Shown: piece after piece, positions 29,436-39,621 of the stretch | Position numbering within the stretch: position 1 is the first letter of the stretch | How the letters are laid out: the number at the start of each line of letters is the position of its first letter | Source of the DNA: Candidatus Omnitrophota bacterium | GTDB taxonomy: Bacteria > Omnitrophota > Gorgyraeia > Gygaellales > Profunditerraquicolaceae | NCBI GenBank assembly: GCA_026387335.1 | Contig: JAPLLX010000001.1 | Span: forward strand, 106,620 to 170,619 | Length of the DNA: 64,000 nucleotides | Direction of reading: 5' to 3' | The notes under the pieces: generated by a model | Told to the model about the DNA's origin: nothing | What the model saw: only the letters and a program-made list of their open reading frames with translations | The model's database searches: none | Position numbers and translations under genes: made by a program

Positions 29436-30236
29436 ATGGACGAGAGGTCTCGTTATCTTCGTAGACTTATTTTATCTGGTATAGAAGGGACAAGAAAAGG
29501 GCATATAGGATCTGCCTTGTCGGTAGTTGAGATTATCAGGGTTCTTTATGATGATATTATGAAGTATCGTCCGCAGGAACCTTTATGGCCGGAAAGGGAT
29601 AGATTTATTCTTAGTAAGGGGCATGGTTGTTTGGCGTTGTATGCAGTATTGGCAGATAAAGGTTTTTTGGATGTAGAAGAATTGAAAACTTATGCTTTAG
29701 AAAATTCGAGATTGGGTGGGTGTCCTGAAAGTTTAGTGCCTGGTATAGAAGCGACGACAGGCGCCTTGGGGCATGGTTTGTCTATAGGGGTCGGAATGGC
29801 CCTTGCTAGCCGCATACAAAATAGGAGAAGCCGCGTATATGTTGTTCTTGGAGATGGTGAACTCGACGAGGGTTCTATATGGGAAGCGGCTTTGTGTGCC
29901 GCCAAACATAAATTATCGCATTTGACGGCTATTATTGATTGTAATAAGTTACAGCTTGGGGGATCGACAAAAGAAATATTAAACCTTGAGCCATTAAGAG
30001 AAAAGTGGATTAGTTTTGGCTTTACAGTAGAAGAAGTTGATGGGCATAATGTTGATACTCTTAAGGCAACCTTTAAAAGGCTTCCTTTCTCAAGCGATAA
30101 GCCATCAATGGTGATTTGTCATACGATTAAAGGTAAGGGGTTTTCTTTTGCGGAGAACGATTATAAATGGCATTGGAAAAGCGGAATTGATGATGCGACT
30201 ATCTTAAAAATGAAATCTTCATTGGAGAAAGAATAA
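29436..30236 (+). CDS. Transketolase, N-terminal subunit (split transketolase, copy 2)
   Basis: 'RFILSKGHGCLALYAVL', 'GALGHGLSIGVGMALA' and 'GDGELDEGSIWEAA'. About 45% identical to copy 1 at protein level. Confidence 0.85.
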   Translation: MDERSRYLRRLILSGIEGTRKGHIGSALSVVEIIRVLYDDIMKYRPQEPLWPERDRFILSKGHGCLALYAVLADKGFLDVEELKTYALENSRLGGCPESLVPGIEATTGALGHGLSIGVGMALASRIQNRRSRVYVVLGDGELDEGSIWEAALCAAKHKLSHLTAIIDCNKLQLGGSTKEILNLEPLREKWISFGFTVEEVDGHNVDTLKATFKRLPFSSDKPSMVICHTIKGKGFSFAENDYKWHWKSGIDDATILKMKSSLEKE

Positions 30237-31174
30237 TGTTTTACGCTTTTAGGGATACAATCTATGAATTAGCAAAGATGGATAAAAGGATAATTCTTAT
30301 TAGTGCTGATCAAGATGTGGGGTTAAGCCATATGCAATCCGAAATGCCTAACCAGTTTTTTATGGAAGGAATATCAGAAGCTAATGCGATAGGTATGGCT
30401 TCGGGCCTTGCTGCCGATGGTTTTAGGCCTTTTATATTGAACCATGCAAGTTTTTTGACCAGAAGGTGCTATGAACAGATTGTTTTGGATGCCTGTTTGC
30501 AGGAGCGTCCTATACGGCTGGTTGGTATGGGTTCTGGGTTAGCAACCGCTCACCTAGGGCCTACACATACGATTATTGAAGATATAGCAATAACGCGGGC
30601 TATCCCAGGAATGACTGTTATTGCTCCCTGCGATGCTGTTGAGATGAAGAAACTGATGCCGCACATATTAAAATGGCCGAAACCTGTTTATCTAAGGCTT
30701 GCAAGGTATGGAAAACCGATAGTTACTAGGGATGAAGGCGAGGTTGAAATTGGAAAGGCTGTGGTGCTTTACAAAGGTGAGTCATCCAAAAAAAACGTGT
30801 TGTTGATTTCTACAGGCGCTATGACATTAAGCGCAATAAAAGCAGTTGAAGAGCTTAAAGAGGCTGGTATTGAATGTACGGTATTGCATTTCCATACCAT
30901 AAAACCTCTGGATAAGAATGCGATTATTGAACTGGCACAAAAAGCCAAGTTGATAGTTACTTTGGAAGATCATACTATTATAGGAGGATTAGGCAGTGCT
31001 TGCTTAGAGGTTCTTATGGATAATATACATTCTAAAAATCTGCCGCAGGTTTATCGTATGGGCCTTCCTGATAAATTTATACATCAGTATGGAACACAAG
31101 AGTCATTAATGGAAGAATTTGGATTACAGCCTTTGCAGATTGCCAACAGAATAATGAAGCTTATGAAAAAATAA
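30236..31174 (+). CDS. Transketolase, C-terminal subunit (copy 2)
   Basis: Overlaps the upstream stop. Pyrimidine-binding domain 'EGISEANAIGMASGLA' plus C-terminal domain. Confidence 0.85.
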   Translation: MFYAFRDTIYELAKMDKRIILISADQDVGLSHMQSEMPNQFFMEGISEANAIGMASGLAADGFRPFILNHASFLTRRCYEQIVLDACLQERPIRLVGMGSGLATAHLGPTHTIIEDIAITRAIPGMTVIAPCDAVEMKKLMPHILKWPKPVYLRLARYGKPIVTRDEGEVEIGKAVVLYKGESSKKNVLLISTGAMTLSAIKAVEELKEAGIECTVLHFHTIKPLDKNAIIELAQKAKLIVTLEDHTIIGGLGSACLEVLMDNIHSKNLPQVYRMGLPDKFIHQYGTQESLMEEFGLQPLQIANRIMKLMKK

Positions 31175-31235
31175 AAGTAACTTTTATAATGTCAAATTTT
31201 CGCTGGAGAAAGGCAGTTAACAATAACTAGTTAGC

Positions 31236-32471
31236 GTGAATCAAAGAATCGTGCGTTTTATCCATAATCAAGTTGATAGGATTAATGAAGGCGGGTTATC
31301 CATTTTAGTTCGGAATTTTCTTCTTCTTTTGATAACGCCATTTTTAGTATTAATAGTTTTGTTTGTGCGGCTTTTACGGCCCTTGATATTGATAAGATTC
31401 GGAGAATTAATTAGTTCTAGAATAGGTCATTTTATGAGTAATACTGAAGTATATCTTTGTGAGCGCGATTTGGGTATTCGTGGACAACGAGGTTTAGACA
31501 TATTTTATATCAATAGCTCTGTTTGTAATAAGCAATTAAAAAGAATGTGGAGCCGTGTTTTGTATATTTCTCTTTTTGCAACAGGGTTAGATTTACTCAA
31601 TCGCGCATTGCCCGGAGGGGATAAACATAGAATTCCATACCGGAATTATCAGGACAGGGATATTTATGGAGTCCTTGAATCTACAAAAGTTCATATTTCC
31701 TTTACCAGCGAAGAGGAGCGCATTGGCAGGGCATTATTAAAGAAGATTGGTATAGGAAGCGAATCCACTTTTATTTGTTTTCTTTCCAGAAACTCGGCTT
31801 ATTTGGATGCCAAATTCCCAAAAGGGAACTGGCATTATCATGATTATAGAGACTCTAATATTAAAAACTTTATTCCTGCGGTTGAAGAATTAACGCGTAG
31901 AGGATATTTTGCAGTAAGAATGGGGGCTGTAGTTAATGAAGAGTTAAAAACCGAAAATCCTATGATTATTGATTATGCAGTGAAACACAGGACAGATTTT
32001 CTTGATATTTATATGGGCGCAAAATGTAATTTTTATTTAGGTGATTCCTGTGGTTTTCATGCTATCCCTATGATATTCAGGCGGCCATTAGCGATTGTGA
32101 ATATGATTCCGCTTGAATGGGCTACTACATGGGGCTTACAGAATCTTTTTATTTCCAAAAAGTTATGGTTGTGCAAAGAGCATCGTTTATTAACTTTTCG
32201 TGAAATACTCAGTTCGGAAATAGGAAGGATTGGTGACGGCTGGCAGTATGAACAATTAGGTATAGAAGTAATTGAGAATACTCCTGAGGAAATTACTGCT
32301 TTAGCCATAGAAATGGATCAGCGTTTAAAAGGCCAGTGGCAGGCGGCTGAAGGTGACGAAGAGTTGCAGCAGCGTTTTTGGTCATTATTTAAGTCAAGTG
32401 AATTAAATGGCGTTTTTTTATCGCGTATTGGCGCGGAGTTTTTGCGTCAAAATAAAACACTACTGGAATAG
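31236..32471 (+). CDS. Hypothetical protein with N-terminal TM anchor (411 aa); possible glycosyltransferase-like
   Basis: 'LLLLITPFLVLIVLFVRLL' TM helix followed by a soluble domain with no recognisable motif. Confidence 0.3.
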   Translation: MNQRIVRFIHNQVDRINEGGLSILVRNFLLLLITPFLVLIVLFVRLLRPLILIRFGELISSRIGHFMSNTEVYLCERDLGIRGQRGLDIFYINSSVCNKQLKRMWSRVLYISLFATGLDLLNRALPGGDKHRIPYRNYQDRDIYGVLESTKVHISFTSEEERIGRALLKKIGIGSESTFICFLSRNSAYLDAKFPKGNWHYHDYRDSNIKNFIPAVEELTRRGYFAVRMGAVVNEELKTENPMIIDYAVKHRTDFLDIYMGAKCNFYLGDSCGFHAIPMIFRRPLAIVNMIPLEWATTWGLQNLFISKKLWLCKEHRLLTFREILSSEIGRIGDGWQYEQLGIEVIENTPEEITALAIEMDQRLKGQWQAAEGDEELQQRFWSLFKSSELNGVFLSRIGAEFLRQNKTLLE

Positions 32472-32479
32472 GATAGATT

Positions 32480-34273
32480 ATGAAGGTATTAATATTTATT
32501 CGGGATATCTTTAGGAAATTTCCATTTTTACTTATTTCTAACACGCTGCTATTAGCTATGGTAAGCTTATTTAGCGCACTTTCTCTATTTACTATTAGTC
32601 CTCTTATAGATTTTTTAACTAATCCTGATTTACGCAATATTAGCCCTCTTACACAGAAGGCTGTGAATATCCTAAAAATTTTAGGTTTACCTGTAACATT
32701 AACTAGCTGGCTGGTGGTTTTTTTGATATTTATTACTTTGGTTAGTGTATTCCAGGCTTTTGCCCAGTGGTCTATTATAAAAACTAAATTCGCTGTACTA
32801 CGCGATATAATGCTTGGAACTTTTAAGGATTTTTTTAATGCTCGTTGGTATTTTTTTAGCAGTGGTAAACAGGGAGACCTTCTTAATACTTTTACTCGCG
32901 AGATTACTGTTGTTGGTGATGCCTTTGGGGCTATGGCGCTTTTTTTTGCCGATATTCTGCAGCTGATCTTTTTCCTGGTGGTACCTTTTTGTATTTCCTG
33001 GCAGGTAACCAGTATTAGTTTAGGTGTTGCTTTATTATTTACGCTCCCGTTTCTTTTACTATCAAAGATTGGTTATAGGCTTGGTACTCTTAATACGTCC
33101 ACAGCTAACCATTTGATTTCAGTCATTCAGGAAAATCTTAGTCTTGCAAAAGTTGTATTAGGATTCGGAAATCAGCAAAATAGTGTTAAAAATCTTGATA
33201 AGGCTTTTGATGCGCATCTGCGAGTTACTGTTAAATCGCAGATGCTTAATTTAGGCATACCGATATTCTATCGTCCTTTTGGTATGCTGATGTTGGTTAT
33301 TGCGTTGTTTACCGCGCGCCGGTTCAGTGTCCCTTTATCAGAAACCGCTGTATTATTATTGGCTTTGTTGCAGATTGCTGTCACTATTGGGGAGATAACA
33401 ATGAGGAAGAATTCCCTGGAGAATTTTTTCCCAAGTTACGAACAGATTAAAAAACTACGCGAGCAAGCTATAAAACTAAAGCAAGAATCAGGTACCAGGC
33501 AATTCAAAGGGTTTGACCGGGAATTGATTATTGAAAGGCTTTCTTTTACTTATTCCGGAAAGAAGCCTGTCTTGGTTGATATTAATGTGCGTATTCCTAA
33601 AGGGAGGATGGTAGCTTTTGTAGGCCAGTCAGGGGCAGGAAAATCAACATTTATTGATATGATAATGGGGTTTCATCAGCCTACGGCAGGCAGTATCCTA
33701 TTTGACGGTATTCCTCTGCATGATTTCGACATCCATTCTTACAGGAGCAATGTTGGGTATGTGCCCCAGGATAGTGTCTTATTTAATATGTCTATTCGGG
33801 ATAATATGTTGTGGGCTTATAGCTTGGCTACAGATAAAGATATTAGCGTGGCTTGTCAGCAGGCAAATGCCGATGAATTTATCAGACAGCTACCTGAAGG
33901 TTACAGTACGCTGGTAGGCGACAGGGGTATCCGCTTATCAGGCGGCCAGGTTCAGAGGTTGGCATTGGCAAGGGCTATTTTACGCAAGCCTTCTCTTCTG
34001 ATTCTGGATGAGGCAACCAGCTCTCTTGACACTTATTCTGAACGCCTAATCCAGCAGGCGATTGAAAATATCGCCAAAGAAACTACGGTGATTGTCATAG
34101 CGCATCGGCTTTCTACAATTACGAATGCAGATTATATATATGTGCTTAAAGATGGTAGACTGGTAGAAGAAGGCGGTTATTCAGAGCTTATTCAGATGAA
34201 TGGTTGTTTTAGCTCAATGGTCCGGCAGCAGGCATTAAATGGCGCAGAAGTAGGTTTTTCAGAAGGCAAATAA
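32480..34273 (+). CDS. ABC exporter, fused permease/ATPase (MsbA-like)
   Basis: Six TM helices in the N-terminal half. Walker A 'GQSGAGKST', signature 'LSGGQVQR', Walker B 'ILDEATS'. Confidence 0.85.
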   Translation: MKVLIFIRDIFRKFPFLLISNTLLLAMVSLFSALSLFTISPLIDFLTNPDLRNISPLTQKAVNILKILGLPVTLTSWLVVFLIFITLVSVFQAFAQWSIIKTKFAVLRDIMLGTFKDFFNARWYFFSSGKQGDLLNTFTREITVVGDAFGAMALFFADILQLIFFLVVPFCISWQVTSISLGVALLFTLPFLLLSKIGYRLGTLNTSTANHLISVIQENLSLAKVVLGFGNQQNSVKNLDKAFDAHLRVTVKSQMLNLGIPIFYRPFGMLMLVIALFTARRFSVPLSETAVLLLALLQIAVTIGEITMRKNSLENFFPSYEQIKKLREQAIKLKQESGTRQFKGFDRELIIERLSFTYSGKKPVLVDINVRIPKGRMVAFVGQSGAGKSTFIDMIMGFHQPTAGSILFDGIPLHDFDIHSYRSNVGYVPQDSVLFNMSIRDNMLWAYSLATDKDISVACQQANADEFIRQLPEGYSTLVGDRGIRLSGGQVQRLALARAILRKPSLLILDEATSSLDTYSERLIQQAIENIAKETTVIVIAHRLSTITNADYIYVLKDGRLVEEGGYSELIQMNGCFSSMVRQQALNGAEVGFSEGK

Positions 34274-34343
34274 GATGTGCCGCCTTAATCTTAACCCGTT
34301 TAGTTCATGGCCTATTGATTCAGATATAGCTGTGGTAAGAACT

Positions 34344-35399
34344 ATGAAATCGAAAAATCCGAACAAGGTTGAGATAAACATTGGGGAGCGAAAAATCGGG
34401 ATAGATTATCCTCCTTTAGTGATAGCCGAGATCGGTATTAACCATGAGGGCAGTTTTGCCAAGGCAATAAAAATGATTGATGATGCAGCTCGGGTAGGTT
34501 GTGAGTGTGTAAAATTTCAGGTTCATGTGATCGCAGATGAGATGATTCCCAATGAAGTGATTCCTGCTAATGCTCAAGAATCAATCTGGGAAATCATGAA
34601 TAGATGTAAACTATCAGAAGAAGAGGATAGGGAGCTTAAAAAGTATGTAGAAGCTAAAGGTATGGTATATCTTTCTACTCCTTTTTCCCGAGATGGGGCA
34701 GACCGCTTGAGGCGGATGAAGGTAAGTGCTTTTAAAATTGGTTCAGGAGAATGCAATAATTATCCTTTGGTAGAGCATATTGCCAGCTTTGGGCAACCGG
34801 TTATACTGAGTACCGGTATGAACAATATTAATTCTATCAGAAAGAGTGTTAAAATTTTTGAGAAACATAAAACACCTTATGCCCTTTTGCACTGTACTTC
34901 TATGTATCCTACGCCTCCTGATAAAATAAGATTGGGGGCATTAGCCGATTTAAATAAGCATTTCCCTAAAGCAGTATTGGGTTTGTCTGACCATTCGATG
35001 ACTAACTTTCCCTGTTTAGCGGCCGTAGCTTTAAAAGCTAGTATCCTGGAACGGCATTTTACTTCAGATAAGAATTGGCCAGGGCCAGATATACCTATTT
35101 CTATGGATCCCAAAGAACTGGCAGAATTGATTACCGGTAGCCGCATAATACATCAAGCCTTGGGAGGAAATAAAGAAATTTTAAAAGAAGAACAGCCAAC
35201 TATAGACTTTGCCTATGCCTGTGTAGTATCAATAAAGGAGATTAAAAGAGGTGAACGTCTAACAGAAGAAAATATTTGGGTAAAGCGTCCGGGCACAGGA
35301 GAGATTAAGGCCCTTAATTTCAAAAAATTATTGGGGTTAAAAACCAAAATTGGCATTAAGGCGAATAGCCAGATTAAATGGAGCGATTTAATAAAATGA
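34344..35399 (+). CDS. NeuB-family nonulosonic acid synthase with C-terminal SAF/antifreeze-like domain (LegI/PseI/NeuB-like)
   Basis: 'LVIAEIGINHEGSF...CVKFQ' and an SAF-like C-terminus 'IKRGERLTEENIWVKRPGTGEI'. The alternative start at 34275 would add 23 aa. Confidence 0.8.
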   Translation: MKSKNPNKVEINIGERKIGIDYPPLVIAEIGINHEGSFAKAIKMIDDAARVGCECVKFQVHVIADEMIPNEVIPANAQESIWEIMNRCKLSEEEDRELKKYVEAKGMVYLSTPFSRDGADRLRRMKVSAFKIGSGECNNYPLVEHIASFGQPVILSTGMNNINSIRKSVKIFEKHKTPYALLHCTSMYPTPPDKIRLGALADLNKHFPKAVLGLSDHSMTNFPCLAAVALKASILERHFTSDKNWPGPDIPISMDPKELAELITGSRIIHQALGGNKEILKEEQPTIDFAYACVVSIKEIKRGERLTEENIWVKRPGTGEIKALNFKKLLGLKTKIGIKANSQIKWSDLIK

Positions 35400-35486
35400 A
35401 CCATCAGGTTTAAGTTGGTGAAGTTGGATAAAAATGGAGATTTTGACCGGGATCGGCCAAGCCGATTTGGGTAGATTGCTATATAA

Positions 35487-36461
35487 ATGCTAAATCGATG
35501 CTCAATTATTATGTACCATTTCGTGCGAGAGTTGCCGCACACTAAATATCCAAAGATAAAAGCTCTTTTGGTGAGCCAATTTTTGAATCAGTTAAACTAT
35601 TTAAGTAGGTATTATGAGTTTGTAACAATGGAAGACTGTATTGCCTCAATATATCGTGATACAGCGTTGCCAAAAAAGGCGGTCCTTCTAACTTTTGACG
35701 ATGGTTATATTGACCATTTTTCAACTGTTTTTCCAATCTTAAAAGAGAGAAAGATTCAAGGTTGTTTTTTCCCGTCAGTAAGGGCTATTAAGCATAACGA
35801 AGTTTTAGATGTTAATAAAATACACTTTATATTAGCTGCCGCTGGTAAACTTAGTTCTTTATTAGATGATGTATATTCTTGCTTGGATGAATATAGGTCA
35901 GAATACGATTTAAAGAGCAACGAATATTATTATTCTAAGTTTGCAAAAAAGAGTAGATTTGATTCAAGGGCAGTAATCTTCATAAAACATTTATTACAAA
36001 AGGAGTTAAAGGCGGACTTAAGGAAAGTTATAATAAATAGGTTATTTGCAAAATATGTTAGTAAAGATGAAGCCGACTTTTCTAAAGGATTATATATGAA
36101 TTTAGAGCAACTAAGGCATATAATAGGAAATGGAATGTATGTAGGAGGCCATGGGTATGATCATTGTTGGTTTAATGCCCTGGCTCCAGAGTTACAGGAA
36201 AAGGAAGTTGATTTATCTATCGATTTCTTAAAAGAACTAGGCTCGCCAATTGATAATTGGGTTATGAGTTATCCGTATGGCGCATATAACGATTCCCTGA
36301 TCAGTATACTGAAAAAGAAAGATTGTAAGTTAGGCCTAACCAGTAGGGTGGGGGTTGCTAAATTTACCAAGGAAAACATGTTTAAACTTGAGCGGTTGGA
36401 TACGAATGATTTACCAAAGGAAAGAAATACGAGGTTAAAAAATATAATGAAAGGCAGCTAA
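35487..36461 (+). CDS. Polysaccharide deacetylase (NodB-homology, CE4)
   Basis: 'IIMYHFV', 'LLTFDDGYIDHF' and 'GGHGYDH'. Confidence 0.75.
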   Translation: MLNRCSIIMYHFVRELPHTKYPKIKALLVSQFLNQLNYLSRYYEFVTMEDCIASIYRDTALPKKAVLLTFDDGYIDHFSTVFPILKERKIQGCFFPSVRAIKHNEVLDVNKIHFILAAAGKLSSLLDDVYSCLDEYRSEYDLKSNEYYYSKFAKKSRFDSRAVIFIKHLLQKELKADLRKVIINRLFAKYVSKDEADFSKGLYMNLEQLRHIIGNGMYVGGHGYDHCWFNALAPELQEKEVDLSIDFLKELGSPIDNWVMSYPYGAYNDSLISILKKKDCKLGLTSRVGVAKFTKENMFKLERLDTNDLPKERNTRLKNIMKGS

Positions 36462-37441
36462 TGGATATGAAGAAAATATTGATAACTGGTGCAGGCGGTT
36501 TCATTGGTTCACATTTAGTTGAACACTGCTTACGGCAAGGCTATGAAGTAAGGGCTTTTCTGCATTATAATTCCAAGAATAATTGGGGGTGGCTGGAAGG
36601 GTTAAAATTAAACAAAAAAATAGAAATTGTCTGCGGAGATGTGAGAGATTATGATTTTGTTTTTAATGCTCTGAAAGGGTGCGATAGCGTCTTCCATCTT
36701 GCCGCATTAATAGGGATACCTTATTCCTACCTTTCTCCATTAGCTTACGTTAAGACAAATATTGAAGGCACCTATAACATTTTAGAAGCCTCCAGGCAGC
36801 TTAAGTTGCAAAATGTTCTTGTGACCTCAACGAGTGAAACGTATGGGACAGCTCAGTATATTCCAATTAACGAAACACATCCTATGGTGGGGCAGTCCCC
36901 TTATGCAGCCAGCAAAATAGCCGCCGACCAACTCTCTTTAAGTTATTATCTATCATTTAATCTACCGGTTAAGATCGTGCGGCCGTTTAATACTTACGGC
37001 CCCCGACAATCTGCGCGTGCGATCATACCTACAATAATTATGCAGCTTATTGAGGGTAAAAAATATATAACATTGGGCAATATGAATCCCACAAGAGACT
37101 TTAATTACGTGGAAGATACTGTAAACGGTTTTCTTGAGATAGCAAAATCTCCAAAGCTTCTTGGTGAGATTGTGAATATCGGAAGCGGAAAAGAAATTTC
37201 TGTAAACGCGCTAATAGAAATAATAGCCTCCCTGATGAAAATGAAAGTGAAAATAGCTGCCGATAAGAAAAGATTCAGGCCTGAAAAAAGCGAAGTAATG
37301 AGGCTTTGCTGCGATAACAGTAAAATAAAGAAAAATACGCATTGGAAGAGCTCTTACAGCCTTGAGCAAGGCCTGTTAAAGACAATCGATTGGGTAAAAA
37401 GAAACATAAAATTTTATAAAAGTGATATGTACTATGTCTAG
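36461..37441 (+). CDS. NAD-dependent NDP-sugar 4,6-dehydratase/epimerase (LegB/RmlB-like, extended SDR)
   Basis: 'ILITGAGGFIGSHLVE', 'TSTSETYG' and 'YAASKIAAD' (S...YxxxK). Confidence 0.7.
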   Translation: MDMKKILITGAGGFIGSHLVEHCLRQGYEVRAFLHYNSKNNWGWLEGLKLNKKIEIVCGDVRDYDFVFNALKGCDSVFHLAALIGIPYSYLSPLAYVKTNIEGTYNILEASRQLKLQNVLVTSTSETYGTAQYIPINETHPMVGQSPYAASKIAADQLSLSYYLSFNLPVKIVRPFNTYGPRQSARAIIPTIIMQLIEGKKYITLGNMNPTRDFNYVEDTVNGFLEIAKSPKLLGEIVNIGSGKEISVNALIEIIASLMKMKVKIAADKKRFRPEKSEVMRLCCDNSKIKKNTHWKSSYSLEQGLLKTIDWVKRNIKFYKSDMYYV

Positions 37442-37483
37442 AGGCAAAGACTATATGAAAAATCCACGAGGTGAAAAGGGAAG

Positions 37484-38407
37484 ATGCTGAAGAACCCCTT
37501 AGTGATTGTTACTGGATGTTCAGGATTTCTCGGTAAGAATTTAATAAACGAATTAGCAACAAAAGAGGTAGATGTCCTTGGGATAGATAAGGCGGCTGAG
37601 GATGGTTATGGCCATAAGAATATAAAAATTAATAGATTGGATATTTTAACCCAAAATGGTATGGCTATCCTTAGAAGATATTTAAATAAGGTAAAGAACA
37701 AAGAAATTTATTTGGTTCACCTTATGGGAATACCGGATGTGGATGAATGTGAGAAAAATAAAGCTTTAGCTTACGATGTAAATGTAAAATCCGTGAAGAG
37801 CGTATGGGAGTTAGCTAGAAATTACAATATGAAAAAAATTGTTTTCCCTTCAACTGCTTTGGTTTATGGTACTAAATACGAAGACCAGATTAACGAAGGA
37901 TTCTCTCTTTTTCCTGAGAACACATACGCCCGGGAAAAGCTTGAAGCAGAGAATTATTTGATTAACAATTCTGCAGGTTCAAAGGTAGACTCCGTAATAC
38001 TTAGGTTATCTAATATTTATGGCGTTGGTATGAATGAAAATAACGTAGTGAATACAATACTAAAACAGTTCGCCGCAGGTTATCTGAGGTTAAGGGAATA
38101 CAGAAGTGTTAGAGACTATGTGTATGTGGAAGACGTAATTAGGGCTTTTATTATGTCGATTTTTTCTGAGTGTAAATTTAAAGTCTATAATGTCGGTAGT
38201 TCCATGGGGTATTCTGTGTGGGAATTGGCTAAAACAATAGCGGTGGCAACAGGTAGGGAAAAAATTATCTTGGGAATGAATCTAAGCGAGGAAGAGATTA
38301 GGGGGAGTGCAAGATTAGTGTTATGTTGCGATAGGATAAAGAATGATTTAAAGTGGGTTCCAGACTATAATTTTGAAAGTGGCATAAAAAGGATGATGAA
38401 TGCCTAA
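37484..38407 (+). CDS. NAD-dependent epimerase/dehydratase family protein
   Basis: 'VIVTGCSGFLGKNL' and 'YAREKLEAE'. Confidence 0.6.
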   Translation: MLKNPLVIVTGCSGFLGKNLINELATKEVDVLGIDKAAEDGYGHKNIKINRLDILTQNGMAILRRYLNKVKNKEIYLVHLMGIPDVDECEKNKALAYDVNVKSVKSVWELARNYNMKKIVFPSTALVYGTKYEDQINEGFSLFPENTYAREKLEAENYLINNSAGSKVDSVILRLSNIYGVGMNENNVVNTILKQFAAGYLRLREYRSVRDYVYVEDVIRAFIMSIFSECKFKVYNVGSSMGYSVWELAKTIAVATGREKIILGMNLSEEEIRGSARLVLCCDRIKNDLKWVPDYNFESGIKRMMNA

Positions 38408-39596
38408 GAGAAGAAAGATCGCTATATTTACCGGAAATAGGGCAGAATATGGCTTGCAATATCCAATAATTAAGGCTATCTCTGAATCTCGGATGCTAAA
38501 ATACTTTCTTCTGGTATCCGGAGCGCATTTAGACGAAAAATTTGGCTATACTAAGAAAGAGATTGAGAAAGACGGATTTAAGGTTTATGCCGAAATAAAG
38601 GCAGAAGTAAAAGCTGATAGCCTGTTTTCAACCACGCAGGCCATAGGTAATATTATTATAAACTTAAGTAGGGTTCTTAGGCGGATTAATCCGGATTTCT
38701 TGGTAGTTTATGCCGATAGATTTGAGGGCTTAGCTGCCGTTGTAACAGGTTCTCAGATGGGGATTCCCGTTGCGCATGTCGAGGGAGGAGATGTTACTTC
38801 TGGGGGGGCGCTTGATGATTATGTACGCCATGCGATGACAAAGCTTTCACATATTCATTTTACTACTAATCAAGAGGCTGCGCAAAGAATCGCCAGATTA
38901 GGTGAAGAAAAATGGAGAATATTTAATGTCGGCTTTTCTGTTGTTGACTTGATTAAGTCAGGTAAATTTGCCTCTTACGCTGAGGTATGCGAAAAGATAG
39001 GTTTTAAGTTAGATCTAAGTAAACCGGTAATATTGTTTACTCAGCATTCCATAACTACAGAGTTGAAAAATATATCCTCGCAGATCAATCCTTCGCTTGG
39101 AGCTCTTAAGTATTTTGCCGCTAAAGGCGTCCAGATTATAATTACCTATCCTAATAACGATGCGGGAGGAAGAAGAATAATAGAAATCCTGCAGAGATTA
39201 GGAAGAAAAAAGATTATCAATATAAATATATTCCCTCACTTGGGCCGTTATTATTATCATGGCCTGCTTAACATCTGCGGTAAAGAAACATTAGGTGTCT
39301 GTGTTGGAAATTCTTCAAGCGGGATTAAAGAGACTCCTGCCTTAAGCTGTCCTTTTGTAAATATCGGAACCCGACAAAAGGAAAGACTGCGTTCCATTAA
39401 TGTTATCGATACTCGTTATGATACAAATGAAATAATCCACGCCATTAATAAGTCTCTGTTCAATAAGGACTTCAGAGAAAGTTGTAGAAGATGTAGGAAT
39501 CCATATGGCGAAGGAGGCACAGGCAGGAAGATAGAGAAGGTTCTTGCCAGTTTAGCTATTAATAAGAAGCTTATTCAGAAGAAGATAACTTACTAA
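38400..39596 (+). CDS. Hydrolysing UDP/GDP-N-acetylhexosamine 2-epimerase (NeuC/LegG-like)
   Basis: 'IAIFTGNRAEYGL', 'HVEGGDVTSGGALDDYVRHAMTKLSHIHF'. A G7 tract sits at 38802-38808 inside the HVEGGD/TSGG region. Confidence 0.8.
   Translation: MPKRRKIAIFTGNRAEYGLQYPIIKAISESRMLKYFLLVSGAHLDEKFGYTKKEIEKDGFKVYAEIKAEVKADSLFSTTQAIGNIIINLSRVLRRINPDFLVVYADRFEGLAAVVTGSQMGIPVAHVEGGDVTSGGALDDYVRHAMTKLSHIHFTTNQEAAQRIARLGEEKWRIFNVGFSVVDLIKSGKFASYAEVCEKIGFKLDLSKPVILFTQHSITTELKNISSQINPSLGALKYFAAKGVQIIITYPNNDAGGRRIIEILQRLGRKKIININIFPHLGRYYYHGLLNICGKETLGVCVGNSSSGIKETPALSCPFVNIGTRQKERLRSINVIDTRYDTNEIIHAINKSLFNKDFRESCRRCRNPYGEGGTGRKIEKVLASLAINKKLIQKKITY
38802..38808 (+). repeat. Homopolymeric G7 tract inside the NeuC/LegG-like CDS
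   Basis: 'tctgggggggcg' read directly. It encodes the 'SGGA' segment. Confidence 0.8.
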
Positions 39597-39621
39597 ACTT
39601 TAATGGAAAAAGGAGTAGATA

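Noticed and set aside
657-31174. Recent tandem duplication as the origin of the two transketolase pairs, two NeuB, two NeuA and two B12-rSAM genes
   Set aside because: The paralogue pairs are only about 35-45% identical at protein level, with no detectable nucleotide repeat. They are ancient paralogues or separately acquired genes. The only true nucleotide-level repeat is the 100-bp AsnB-like remnant.
35420-35480. Possible rho-independent terminator after the NeuB-like gene ('gatcggccaagccgat' hairpin)
   Set aside because: The stem is short with a 3-nt loop and no following U-tract. The next gene starts within 90 nt on the same strand, so read-through is more plausible.
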